Source: Candidatus Pacearchaeota archaeon | GTDB lineage: Archaea; Nanobdellota; Nanobdellia; Pacearchaeales; GW2011-AR1 | Reading direction: 5' to 3' | Assembly (NCBI GenBank): GCA_002731115.1 | Contig: PBZO01000015.1 | Span: 1,529 to 65,528 of the forward strand | DNA: 64,000 bases | Part shown: in pieces, positions 1 to 8,760 of the stretch | How positions within the stretch are numbered: position 1 is the stretch's first letter | Layout of the letters: each line of letters begins with the position of its first letter | Position numbers and translations under genes: made by a program | Notes under the pieces: generated by a model | What the model saw: the letters and a program-made list of their open reading frames with translations, nothing else | Told to the model about the DNA's origin: nothing | Database searches by the model: none

Positions 1-2
1 AT

Positions 3-647
3 CAATTAGAAGAATCTGTTGAGAATGTTGATGATATTAAACTAAAAGATAAGAAAATAGATAGGATATATAATGTTTTACTAAAAGATGAAGTTTATCA
101 GACTTTGGAGGATTTCTTTGAAAAAATATATCCTAATTTACCTCGAAAGATGAATATTAAGGAATTTTTGTGGGAGATTGGGAAAAACATAAAAGATAAG
201 AAGAGTATTTTAAGAATCTGTTATGAAAAGAAAATCCCTATTTTCTGTCCAGGGATTGCAGATTCAGGAATTGGTTTAATGATATGGGGGAGATTAGTAA
301 AAGAGGAAAATAGTGGAGAGAAGTTAAATGTTGATGTTTTTGATGATTTAAAAGAAATTCTTGATATCTCTTGGACTTGTAAAAAAGCAGGAGTTATTTA
401 TGTTGGTGGAGGATTGCCAAAAAACTTTATTCAACAAGCAATGCAGTTTTCAAATAAAGAAGGTGCAAATTATGGAATTCAAATAACAACTGATAGGCCC
501 GAATCAGGAGGTTCTAGTGGTGCTCCATTAACAGAAGGGATTTCATGGGGGAAAATGCAAGGGAAAGGAAAGTATGTTAATGTTTACTGTGATGCAACTA
601 TTGCTTTACCTCTAATTTATGGAGCTGTTAAAGGAGTAAAATGTTAA
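3..647 (+). CDS. dys: Deoxyhypusine synthase, C-terminal part (5' end outside window)
   Basis: The frame is open from the window edge, so the TTG at 105 in the ORF track is not the true start. Matches the DHS pattern: IPIFCPGIADSGIG, GGGLPKNFIQQ, ITTDRPESGGSSGAPLTEGISWGK. Confidence 0.8.
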   Translation, partial: QLEESVENVDDIKLKDKKIDRIYNVLLKDEVYQTLEDFFEKIYPNLPRKMNIKEFLWEIGKNIKDKKSILRICYEKKIPIFCPGIADSGIGLMIWGRLVKEENSGEKLNVDVFDDLKEILDISWTCKKAGVIYVGGGLPKNFIQQAMQFSNKEGANYGIQITTDRPESGGSSGAPLTEGISWGKMQGKGKYVNVYCDATIALPLIYGAVKGVKC

Positions 648-1699
648 CAAAAAAACAAGTTGAGGAGATTAAAGAACATCTTGAAAAGGCACAAAATCCC
701 TTGTTCTTTTTTGATAATGATAATGATGGATTATGTAGTTTTCTTTTATTACAAAGATATATAGGAAGGGGAAAAGGCATTCCAATTAAATCTTTTCCTG
801 AATTAACCCCCGATTATTTTAGAAAAATTAGAGAATTAAATGCAGATTACATCTTTATTCTGGATAAACCGGTTATTTCTAAGGAATTCTTTAAGGAAGT
901 TGAACAAATCAATGTCCCAATTGTCTGGATTGACCATCATATTATTGATAAAAAGAATATTCCTGATTTTGTTAATTATTATAATCCTCTTCTTAATAAT
1001 AATGGGACTACTGTAGAGCCAACTACTTATCTTTGTTATCAAGTCTCTCAAAAAAAAGAGGATTTATGGATTGCAGTTATTGGTTGTATTTCAGATAAGT
1101 TTGTTCCTGATTTTTATCCAGAGTTTTTAAAAGATTATAGTGATTTAAGCTTTAAATCAGAAGATGCATTTGATATTTTTTATAAATCTAAGATAGGAAA
1201 AATTGCCAAGATGTTCTCGTTTGCTCTAAAGGATAGAACAACAAATGTTATCAATATGTTGAAATTTTTGATGAAAGCTAAATCTCCTTATGATGTTTTA
1301 GAAGAAAATAATCAAAATTATTCTATTCATAGCAGGTTTAATCAAGTAAATAGAAAATATAAATTATTAGTTGATAAAGCAATGGCGACTAGTAAAGAAT
1401 CTGGGAAAATTTTATTTTTCCAATATAGTGGAGATTTAAGTATTAGTAGTGAGTTGTCTAATGAATTAAGTTATCTTTTTCCAGAGAAGATTATTATAAT
1501 AATGTATAATACTGGAGTTAAGGTGAATATTTCTGTTAGAGGGAAAAGAGTAAGGGAAATAGTTTTAGAAGCAATTAAAGATCTTAATGAAGCGAGGGGA
1601 GGAGGTCATGAAGATGCTGTTGGGGCAAGAATTGGAATAGATGATCTGAATAAGTTTAAGGAGAATATGATTAATTTAGTTGAAGAGAATAAAATATAG
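641..1699 (+). CDS. DHH/DHHA1-family phosphoesterase (RecJ/NrnA-like)
   Basis: Has DNDNDG, WIDHH (DHH motif) and a C-terminal GGGHEDAVG (DHHA1). The ATG overlaps the dys stop (ATGTTAA). At 352 aa it is shorter than typical archaeal RecJ/GAN. Confidence 0.7.
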   Translation: MLTKKQVEEIKEHLEKAQNPLFFFDNDNDGLCSFLLLQRYIGRGKGIPIKSFPELTPDYFRKIRELNADYIFILDKPVISKEFFKEVEQINVPIVWIDHHIIDKKNIPDFVNYYNPLLNNNGTTVEPTTYLCYQVSQKKEDLWIAVIGCISDKFVPDFYPEFLKDYSDLSFKSEDAFDIFYKSKIGKIAKMFSFALKDRTTNVINMLKFLMKAKSPYDVLEENNQNYSIHSRFNQVNRKYKLLVDKAMATSKESGKILFFQYSGDLSISSELSNELSYLFPEKIIIIMYNTGVKVNISVRGKRVREIVLEAIKDLNEARGGGHEDAVGARIGIDDLNKFKENMINLVEENKI

Positions 1700-2101
1700 A
1701 AAACTATAAAAAGGGTTTTTTCTTGTGAGAAATATGGAAGCAAAGCTAAAATCTACGTACATGAAGAATAGTGCGTTTGCTTTAGTCTCTGCTTTAATTA
1801 AACCACACTCAATTTAATTCAGTGTTTTCTCTTTTTATCGCTTGAATTGAATTGAATTTTTCTTATTATTAATTTAAGCTTAAAAAGGATATTTGAATTT
1901 TCTTGAGTTATAAAAAAAACGGAGAATTTGATGGAGATAAGCGAGAGAACTATTGTAGAAAGGGAGTTGAAAAATCTAATAGAGATTACTCTGAAGTTAG
2001 AATATGAGTTAGGTTTATCTGTTAGTAGTTCTAAGGATTTTCAATAGTTTAAAATTAAAAAGGGGAAGGATTTTATTAGTAGATAGTATGCTCTATTTTA
2101 T

Positions 2102-3544
2102 TTAATAACTTTTTCCAACATAAACCCAATAATCTGCTTGTTCTCCAGAAATAATGCATTTTTTTCCTTTTATTTTTGGTTGTTTTTCAGGGATATTAAG
2201 CGTCTTTGCACCTTTTGTTTTTTCCTTTAAAATTTCTTCAACATTACTAGAATTTTTCAAAGGAACAAGAACTATCTTTTTTCCATTTATTTTTCTAATT
2301 GCATCTTTTAAGTTATCTGCCTTATTTATATTATCATTTAGTAATTTCTGTGCTTTTTTGAATAAAGTTTCTTGCATTTTCCTTAATTCATTATTAATAT
2401 ATTCTTCTATTTTTTTTATTTTAACAGAAACTTTTTTTTCATTATCTCTTCTTGCAACTACAACTTCTTTTTTATTCAAGTCTTTTGGACCAATTTCAAT
2501 TCTCAATGGAATGCCTTTTAATTCCCATTCATTAAATTTATATCCGGGAGTTACTTCTAATCTATCATCTACAATCGGGTTATGTCTTGATAACTCGGAA
2601 GATAATTCTCTTGCTTTCTTTAATATATCTTTATTTTTTTCAAACATTAATGGAATAATCACAATTTTATTTTCTGCGAGTTTTGGAGGAATAATTAAAC
2701 CCTTATTATCTGAGTGGATTGCAAACATTATACCAAGCATCCTCGTGGAAATCGCATAGGTTGATTGATATGCAAATTGTTCTTTTCCACTTTTATCTAA
2801 AAATTTTATATTATATGCTTTTGCAAAATTCTGTCCATCATCATGATAATCCGGGCCTTGAATTGCCTTTCCATTTGGAAGATATAATTCTGAACTATAT
2901 GTAGCAACAGCTCCGGCAAATTTTTCTTTATCTGTTTTTTTACCTAATAATGATGGAAGGGCCATATAATTTTTTAAAAATTCAGAATAGATTTTTGTAA
3001 TTTTATCCTTATCTTTGTCAAGTTCTTTTTTATTTGAATAGGCATTATGTCCCTCATTAAAAAGAAATTCTCTTGTTCTAAAAAAAGGAATAGGATTGTT
3101 GAATTCCCAACGTACAACATTTACCCATTGATTTAATTTTAGGGGTAGGTTTCTCCAGCTTCTAATCCACTTTGAATAGGATCCATACATTATTGCTTCA
3201 CTAGTTGGCCTTATTGCAAGCTTTTCATTTAATTTTGTATTCCCTGCATGAGTTACCCATGCAACTTCTGGTGCAAAGCCTTTTACATGTTCTATCTCCT
3301 TTGATAAAAGTTTTTCCGGGATAAACATGGGAAAATATACATTCTTAATACCCACTTTCTTAAATTCATTGTCAATTACTTCTTTTGTTTTCTCCCATAT
3401 GTTGAAAGATGCTGGCCTGAAAACAATACATCCAGAAACAGGAGAATAATCTGCAAGTTCCGACTTTATTATTAATTGCTGAAACCATTCACTAAAGTTT
3501 TCCTCTTTTTTTGCAGATAATCCCTCTTTTGATTTTTTAGTCAT
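2102..3544 (-). CDS. proS: Prolyl-tRNA synthetase (archaeal/eukaryal type)
   Basis: 480 aa. N-terminus FSEWFQQLIIKSELADYSPVSGCIVFRP, class II core (RPTSE, FRTREFLFNEGH), C-terminal anticodon/Zn domain ending YWVYVGKSY. Confidence 0.9.
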   Translation of the reverse strand: MTKKSKEGLSAKKEENFSEWFQQLIIKSELADYSPVSGCIVFRPASFNIWEKTKEVIDNEFKKVGIKNVYFPMFIPEKLLSKEIEHVKGFAPEVAWVTHAGNTKLNEKLAIRPTSEAIMYGSYSKWIRSWRNLPLKLNQWVNVVRWEFNNPIPFFRTREFLFNEGHNAYSNKKELDKDKDKITKIYSEFLKNYMALPSLLGKKTDKEKFAGAVATYSSELYLPNGKAIQGPDYHDDGQNFAKAYNIKFLDKSGKEQFAYQSTYAISTRMLGIMFAIHSDNKGLIIPPKLAENKIVIIPLMFEKNKDILKKARELSSELSRHNPIVDDRLEVTPGYKFNEWELKGIPLRIEIGPKDLNKKEVVVARRDNEKKVSVKIKKIEEYINNELRKMQETLFKKAQKLLNDNINKADNLKDAIRKINGKKIVLVPLKNSSNVEEILKEKTKGAKTLNIPEKQPKIKGKKCIISGEQADYWVYVGKSY

Positions 3545-3583
3545 AGATAAGTTTAGAAAGAAGATTTAATAAATGTTTTGAGA

Positions 3584-4453
3584 TTATACTAAAGTCTGAT
3601 TTAATGCTTCAAAGGCTATATCATTTATAGTCTCCTCTATATAATTAGACTCTAAAGCAAATCCTAAATTTTCTCCACTACCTCTTTTAAAATTATTAAT
3701 TCCTATTACTTTCCCTTGTGTATTAATTAAAGGACCTCCTGAATTTCCCGGATTTAATGCAGCATCTGTTTGAATGTATGCTTCTATTTTATTTATTCCT
3801 GGTCTATGAACTGCAGAAACAATTCCTTGTGAAACAGAAAATTGGAGTCCTAGGGGATTTCCTATTGCAATTACTTTCTCTCCTATCTGAATATCTTCAG
3901 AATCTCCGAGAATTAACTCATTATAATCTCCAGAAATTTTTAATAATGCTATATCTAATTCTCCATCAAATCCTATGAAATTAGCATCAATTATCTTTTG
4001 TTCATGAGTTACTGCTTTAATATCGCTTGTCAATCTTCCTTGTTCATCAGCCAAAACATGTGCATTTGTTACAATATATCCCTCATTTGTTATAATAAAT
4101 CCTGCTCCTTGGCCAACATTAGTTCTTATTGTTACAACAGATTTTATAGAATCTTCAACTATTCCTGAAAAATCTTCTCCTACAGATGCTTTTAATAAAT
4201 CAATCTCTTCGTCAAAAGAGCCAATTTTTACATCTAATTTTCCAATTGTTTCTTTTAAATTGTCTTTAGTTTGAATTAGATTCTCTGTTAGGGTATTAAT
4301 ATTATTTTGAGTCTCTGCTATATCTTTACTTAATCTATTATAATTTGAGTTTTGATTTACAAATAACATATAAATTAATATTCCGCTAGATATCATAAAA
4401 ATTATTACAATGGAGCTAAAACTTCCAAATATCCATCTATGATGTCTCTCCAT
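3584..4453 (-). CDS. Membrane-anchored trypsin-like serine protease (HtrA/S1C-like, no PDZ)
   Basis: N-terminal TM helix plus a coiled segment. Catalytic triad contexts TNAHV, DIALLK and GNSGGPLIN. Ends at 289 aa without a PDZ domain. Confidence 0.8.
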   Translation of the reverse strand: MERHHRWIFGSFSSIVIIFMISSGILIYMLFVNQNSNYNRLSKDIAETQNNINTLTENLIQTKDNLKETIGKLDVKIGSFDEEIDLLKASVGEDFSGIVEDSIKSVVTIRTNVGQGAGFIITNEGYIVTNAHVLADEQGRLTSDIKAVTHEQKIIDANFIGFDGELDIALLKISGDYNELILGDSEDIQIGEKVIAIGNPLGLQFSVSQGIVSAVHRPGINKIEAYIQTDAALNPGNSGGPLINTQGKVIGINNFKRGSGENLGFALESNYIEETINDIAFEALNQTLV

Positions 4454-4474
4454 TTTAATTTATAAAATATTAAC

Positions 4475-4482
4475 ATATAAAA
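4475..4482 (+). promoter_or_regulatory. TATA-like box upstream of tRNA-Arg
   Basis: ATATAAAA is centred about 29 nt upstream of the tRNA 5' end at 4508, which is archaeal promoter geometry. Confidence 0.35.
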
Positions 4483-4507
4483 ACCTAACTTTATTTAGAT
4501 TTTTATT

Positions 4508-4579
4508 GGACCTGTAGTTTAATGGATAAAATTTCCGGTTTCGGCCCGGTTGATGGAGGTTCGATTCCTCCCAGGTTCA
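4508..4579 (+). tRNA. tRNA-Arg (anticodon TCG)
   Basis: Cloverleaf by eye: acceptor GGACCTG/CAGGTTC, anticodon stem CCGG/CCGG with loop TTTCGGC, T-arm GGAGG-TTCGATT-CCTCC, discriminator A. No encoded CCA. Confidence 0.8.
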
Positions 4580-4634
4580 TTTATTAGAACAATATTTAAA
4601 AAGAACTTGTTTTTATAAATAAGAATTTAATAAG

Positions 4635-5096
4635 ATGAAAAAAATATTACCATTATCATTCCTAGTTTTATCTTTGATGTTACCCAATTTCTCATTAGGA
4701 AAAACAATCTCTCCAGAGAAGGGATTGGCCAAAAAGAAGCCTTTCTTTACTCTACGCTCTCCAATTCCTCTAAGATTTTCTAATTATGTATCCCGGAGTT
4801 TTAAAGAGGGAATAGTTATACTTAATGATACTACTTATCATGCCCATAGATATTTTTTAGATAATGATGGTTTTAGCGAGGTTATGGAATTTTATCCTTT
4901 TATTAAAGATATAGAGAGTATTTCTAAAGGGATTACATTAAAACATGGTATTCATGTATCAAGATATCCAAAAATGTATTTTTTTGATAAAGATGATAAT
5001 AATAGGGTAGATAATGGTGAATTTCTAAAAGATCCAATGGTAAATGGACTGAATGGCGATGAATATTGGTTACGGATAGATAAACCTAAGAGATAA
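4635..5096 (+). CDS. Hypothetical secreted protein
   Basis: 153-aa ORF with an N-terminal signal-like segment (MKKILPLSFLVLSLMLPNFSLG). I recognise no family. Confidence 0.5.
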   Translation: MKKILPLSFLVLSLMLPNFSLGKTISPEKGLAKKKPFFTLRSPIPLRFSNYVSRSFKEGIVILNDTTYHAHRYFLDNDGFSEVMEFYPFIKDIESISKGITLKHGIHVSRYPKMYFFDKDDNNRVDNGEFLKDPMVNGLNGDEYWLRIDKPKR

Positions 5097-5098
5097 AT

Positions 5099-6451
5099 TT
5101 ATTTTAATATTTTCTCAAGAACTTTTCTAACTGTTTTAAAATCAGCTCTTTTATCTGTGATTCTCATTACTTGTCCAATTAAGAAATTTAGAGATTCATT
5201 TTTCCCTGATTTATAATCTTCTGCCGCTTTTGTATTTTCTTTTATTGCTTGTTTTACATAGATTTCTATTATATCTGCTTTTGATATTTTTGAATGTTTT
5301 TGAACTCTTTTCTTTGGAGAAAATGATTTTGGTATAAATTCATTTAAAATTTCTTTTGCTTTTAATTCAGTAATTTTTCCTGCATCAACAAGGTCCATTA
5401 ATTCAATAAAATGATAAGGGTCAATATTAACTTCTTCCATTTCCTTTTTTGTATAATTTAAAACTCTTAGAAGTTCAATTGTTATCCAGTGAATAGCAAG
5501 TTTTGGTTTTATTTTTTTAATTACCTTTTCAAAGAATTCAACAATCTCAAGTTTTTTTGTTAATATTTCTGCATGTTGTTTTTCTATTTTGTGTTTTTTA
5601 ATTAATTTTCTTAATTTTTCATGAGGAGTTTCAGGCAAATTTCCTTCTAATTTATCTACTCTTAATCTTTCAATTTTAATTATTGGCAAATCTGGTTCTG
5701 TTATAAATCTATAATCCTCTGTTTCTTCTTTTGTTCGCATTTTAATTGTAATCTCTTTATTTTCATCAAACATTCTTGTTTCTTGCATCTTTGGAATTTC
5801 TTTCTTTTGTCTTTTTATTTCATATTCAATTGCTGATTTTATATTTTTTAAGCTATTGATATTTTTTATTTCAATTCTTTTTCCAGTTGTTGAAATATTA
5901 ATATCTGCTTTTATCCCAGAAGTTTTATCAATTGATTTTATGTAACTAAGAGTTGCTTTTAATTGCTTTAACCATTCTATTACTTGTTCGGAATCCTTAA
6001 AATCAGGTTCTGTTACAATCTCTATTAACGGACTTCCTGATTTGTTATAATCTATTTCTCCTGTTTTGGGATTCCATGATGCAGGATCTTCTTCTATATG
6101 ACATTCTGTAATTTTAATCCCTAAGAATTTCCCATTTTTTCCCACAGGCATTGCATATGAACCTGAAATTGTATTTTGATATCCTTTTGGCAAATCTGGC
6201 CAATCATAATGCTTTCTCTGCCATATTAATTTTTCATTTATTTTACATCCAAGGATTAATGAAGTTTGAATTACCATGTCTGTTGATTCTTTATTTGGAA
6301 GCATTGGTTTTGCTCCGGGCTGAGAGGTGCATATTGGGCAAATTGAAGTATTTGGTTTTATATGCTTTTTACCATGCATTGCCTTACATTTACAGAAAAG
6401 TTTTTCTCTTGTGTTTAAATAGCCATGGATTTCTAAACCAATTTTTGTCAT
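5099..6451 (-). CDS. gatB: Asp/Glu-tRNA amidotransferase subunit B
   Basis: N-terminus MTKIGLEIHGYLNTREKLFCKC, GatB-type EDYRFITEPDLP, C-terminal YqeY-like tail (GKNESLNFLIGQVMR). Confidence 0.9.
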   Translation of the reverse strand: MTKIGLEIHGYLNTREKLFCKCKAMHGKKHIKPNTSICPICTSQPGAKPMLPNKESTDMVIQTSLILGCKINEKLIWQRKHYDWPDLPKGYQNTISGSYAMPVGKNGKFLGIKITECHIEEDPASWNPKTGEIDYNKSGSPLIEIVTEPDFKDSEQVIEWLKQLKATLSYIKSIDKTSGIKADINISTTGKRIEIKNINSLKNIKSAIEYEIKRQKKEIPKMQETRMFDENKEITIKMRTKEETEDYRFITEPDLPIIKIERLRVDKLEGNLPETPHEKLRKLIKKHKIEKQHAEILTKKLEIVEFFEKVIKKIKPKLAIHWITIELLRVLNYTKKEMEEVNIDPYHFIELMDLVDAGKITELKAKEILNEFIPKSFSPKKRVQKHSKISKADIIEIYVKQAIKENTKAAEDYKSGKNESLNFLIGQVMRITDKRADFKTVRKVLEKILK

Positions 6452-6528
6452 AGTTTAATAAAAGAAAAAATGATTTATTAATTTATTGTATTAACAAACT
6501 TTTTAACCATAACTTTCCTTTTACTCTT

Positions 6529-7800
6529 ATGAAATCAAATGCAAAACTAGGGGACTATGTTGAAGTTCATCTATCCAAGATTATTTATGAAGGAATTCTT
6601 CTTGAAACTCCTGAATCTGAAAAAGGAGTTGTTTTGCTTAAACTTGATTCTGGTTATAATATTGGTTTGAATAAGAAAGATATTTTAGAAATTAAACTTA
6701 TTAAAAAATCTCAGGAAAGAAAAGAAGATATTATTATTAAAAAAGAATCTTCTAAACCAAATATTGCAATGATTATTACTGGAGGAACAATTGCTGCTAG
6801 ATTAAACCCTAAAAAGGGAGGAGTTGATTGGCTTACAACTCCTGAAGATTTGTTTAAATTTTATCCAGAACTTTTTAAAAAAGTTAATGTCATCAAAGTA
6901 GAAGTTCCATTTATGAAAGCATCAGAAGATATGGATTTTAAGGATTGGCAAAAAATTGCAAAAACTGCTCAAAGACTCTTGAATGATAGTAATATTAAAG
7001 GATTAATAATAACTCATGGAACTGATTTTTTAGGTTATACTGCTGCAGCCTTATCATTTTTTTTAAGAGATTTGAATAAACCTGTTGTTTTAACTTATAG
7101 TCAGAGAAGTATTGATCGCGCTTCATCAGATGCAAATTTAAATCTAGAGTGTTCTGCACTTGCTGCAATTTCAAATATTACTGAAGTAATGTTAGTGGGG
7201 CATGCATCAATTAATGATGATTTCTGTTATGCAATTCCTGCAACTAAAGTTAGAAAATTACATAGTTCAAGAAGAGATGCATTTAAGGTAGTTAATTCTA
7301 AGCCATTTGCAAAAATTTTCCATGATAAAATTGAAATTATCTCTGATTATAAAGTTAGAAATAGAAATAAAGTTAAATTAGATTTGAAGTTTGTTGATAA
7401 GGTTGCTTTAATTAAGATTTATCCTGGACAAGACTCGTCAATTCTTAATTATTATCTTAGAAATAAATATAAAGGGATTATCTTAGAAATGTCTGGATTA
7501 GGGCATGCTCCTACAAAAAGATCCCGGAATAATTGGGTAAAAAAATTAAAGGAAATCCAGAAAAAAGGGCTAATTGTATGCGTTACAGCCCAAACAATCT
7601 ATGGGAGACTTAATCCTTTAGTTTATTCTAATGGTCGTGAGTTATTTGATACAGGAATTATCTATTTAGAAGATATGCTAAGCGAAACTGCTTTAATTAA
7701 ATTAGGATGGGTACTTGCTAAAACCAAGAATAGAGAAGAAATAAAGAAGCTTATGTTAACTAATTTTTCTCATGAATTAAATGATAGGTTGGAGGAGTAA
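6529..7800 (+). CDS. gatD: Glu-tRNA(Gln) amidotransferase subunit D
   Basis: N-terminal GatD-specific domain followed by an asparaginase fold (ITGGTIAARL, ITHGTDFLGYTAAALSF). Divergent from gatB across 77 bp. Confidence 0.9.
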   Translation: MKSNAKLGDYVEVHLSKIIYEGILLETPESEKGVVLLKLDSGYNIGLNKKDILEIKLIKKSQERKEDIIIKKESSKPNIAMIITGGTIAARLNPKKGGVDWLTTPEDLFKFYPELFKKVNVIKVEVPFMKASEDMDFKDWQKIAKTAQRLLNDSNIKGLIITHGTDFLGYTAAALSFFLRDLNKPVVLTYSQRSIDRASSDANLNLECSALAAISNITEVMLVGHASINDDFCYAIPATKVRKLHSSRRDAFKVVNSKPFAKIFHDKIEIISDYKVRNRNKVKLDLKFVDKVALIKIYPGQDSSILNYYLRNKYKGIILEMSGLGHAPTKRSRNNWVKKLKEIQKKGLIVCVTAQTIYGRLNPLVYSNGRELFDTGIIYLEDMLSETALIKLGWVLAKTKNREEIKKLMLTNFSHELNDRLEE

Positions 7801-7830
7801 ATTTATATAATGTAATTTTTTGCTGATTTA

Positions 7831-8736
7831 ATGAAAAAAGCTTTAGTTACAGGGGGAGCAGGATTTATTGGAAGTCATGTCGTTGATGCCCTAAGAGATA
7901 GAGAAGTAGATGTTGCGGTTGTTGATAATGAATCAGCTTCATCCAACGAAAAATTCTTTTGGAGAGAGGATACAAGAAAATTAAGAACAGATATTTGCAA
8001 TGCAGATGAGATAAATGATATATTTAAATCTGAAAAACCAGATTATGTTTTCCATCTTGCAGCACAATCCAGGATTCAAACAACACTTGAAGATCCACTC
8101 GAAGCATGTAAGACCAATTTCCTTGGAACCTGCAATTTATTACAAGCTTCCAGAGAGTATGGAGTCAAGAAGTTTATTTATTCATCTACATCATCAGCAT
8201 ACGGTCTAAAAAATGACTCTCCACAAAAAGAAAACATGAGAAGAGACTGTCTAAATCCCTACTCTGTGACAAAGGTTGCAGCAGAAGATTTATGTAAAAT
8301 ATATCACAAACTTTGGGATGTCCCTACTGTAATCTTTAGATATTTTAACGTATACGGGGAGAGGCAGCCACTAAAAGGACAATATGCCCCGGTTATTGGA
8401 ATCTTTCTCAGGCAAAAGGAAGCCGGAGAACCAATGACAATCGTAGGAGACGGAGAACAAAGAAGGGACTTTACACATGTTAAGGATGTCGTAGCCGCTA
8501 ACCTGTTAGTAGCAGATTCACCTAACAAAAAAATTCTTGGAGAGACTTTTAATATTGGAACAGGAAAGAATAATAGTGTTCTTGAGGTGGCTAATATGAT
8601 AGGGGGGGATTATACTTTTATCCCAAAGAGAGAAGGAGAAGCAGATGTTACCTTAGCAGATATAACGAAGATAAAACAATTACTCAAATGGGAGCCAATA
8701 GTAAGACTAGAAGAGTGGATAAGTCAAAATTTATAA
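7831..8736 (+). CDS. NAD-dependent epimerase/dehydratase (extended SDR, UDP-sugar 4-epimerase-like)
   Basis: TGGAGFIGSH Rossmann motif and a YSVTK catalytic YxxxK. 301 aa. Composition is visibly GC-richer than the flanking genes. Confidence 0.85.
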   Translation: MKKALVTGGAGFIGSHVVDALRDREVDVAVVDNESASSNEKFFWREDTRKLRTDICNADEINDIFKSEKPDYVFHLAAQSRIQTTLEDPLEACKTNFLGTCNLLQASREYGVKKFIYSSTSSAYGLKNDSPQKENMRRDCLNPYSVTKVAAEDLCKIYHKLWDVPTVIFRYFNVYGERQPLKGQYAPVIGIFLRQKEAGEPMTIVGDGEQRRDFTHVKDVVAANLLVADSPNKKILGETFNIGTGKNNSVLEVANMIGGDYTFIPKREGEADVTLADITKIKQLLKWEPIVRLEEWISQNL

Positions 8737-8760
8737 GAAATAAAAACCTTAATATTTAAT

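Noticed and set aside
1926-1995. C/D-box-like arrangement (TTGATGGA ... CTGA about 60 nt apart) in the 1700-2101 gap.
   Set aside because: The C-box candidate has GG instead of the GA needed for the sheared G-A pairs. No credible C'/D' pair is present. The span is also a clean 38-codon ORF.
2154-2759. 201-aa ORF antisense to proS. Similar long antisense or shadow ORFs occur at 836-1051, 3757-3978, 6151-6453, 11569-11925, 12141-12383, 17223-17453, 22153-22548, 30689-31226, 34896-35288, 55426-55764 and others in the ORF track.
   Set aside because: Each lies entirely inside a confidently identified gene on the opposite strand. Their products are low-complexity Phe/Leu/Ser/Ile-rich mirror translations of Lys/Glu/Asn-rich proteins, and none has recognisable motifs.
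8015-8528. Two overlapping-frame ORFs (8015-8209 plus strand, 8304-8528 minus strand) inside the epimerase gene.
   Set aside because: They are by-products of the locally higher GC content, which lowers the stop-codon density. The SDR frame has clear motifs and they do not.
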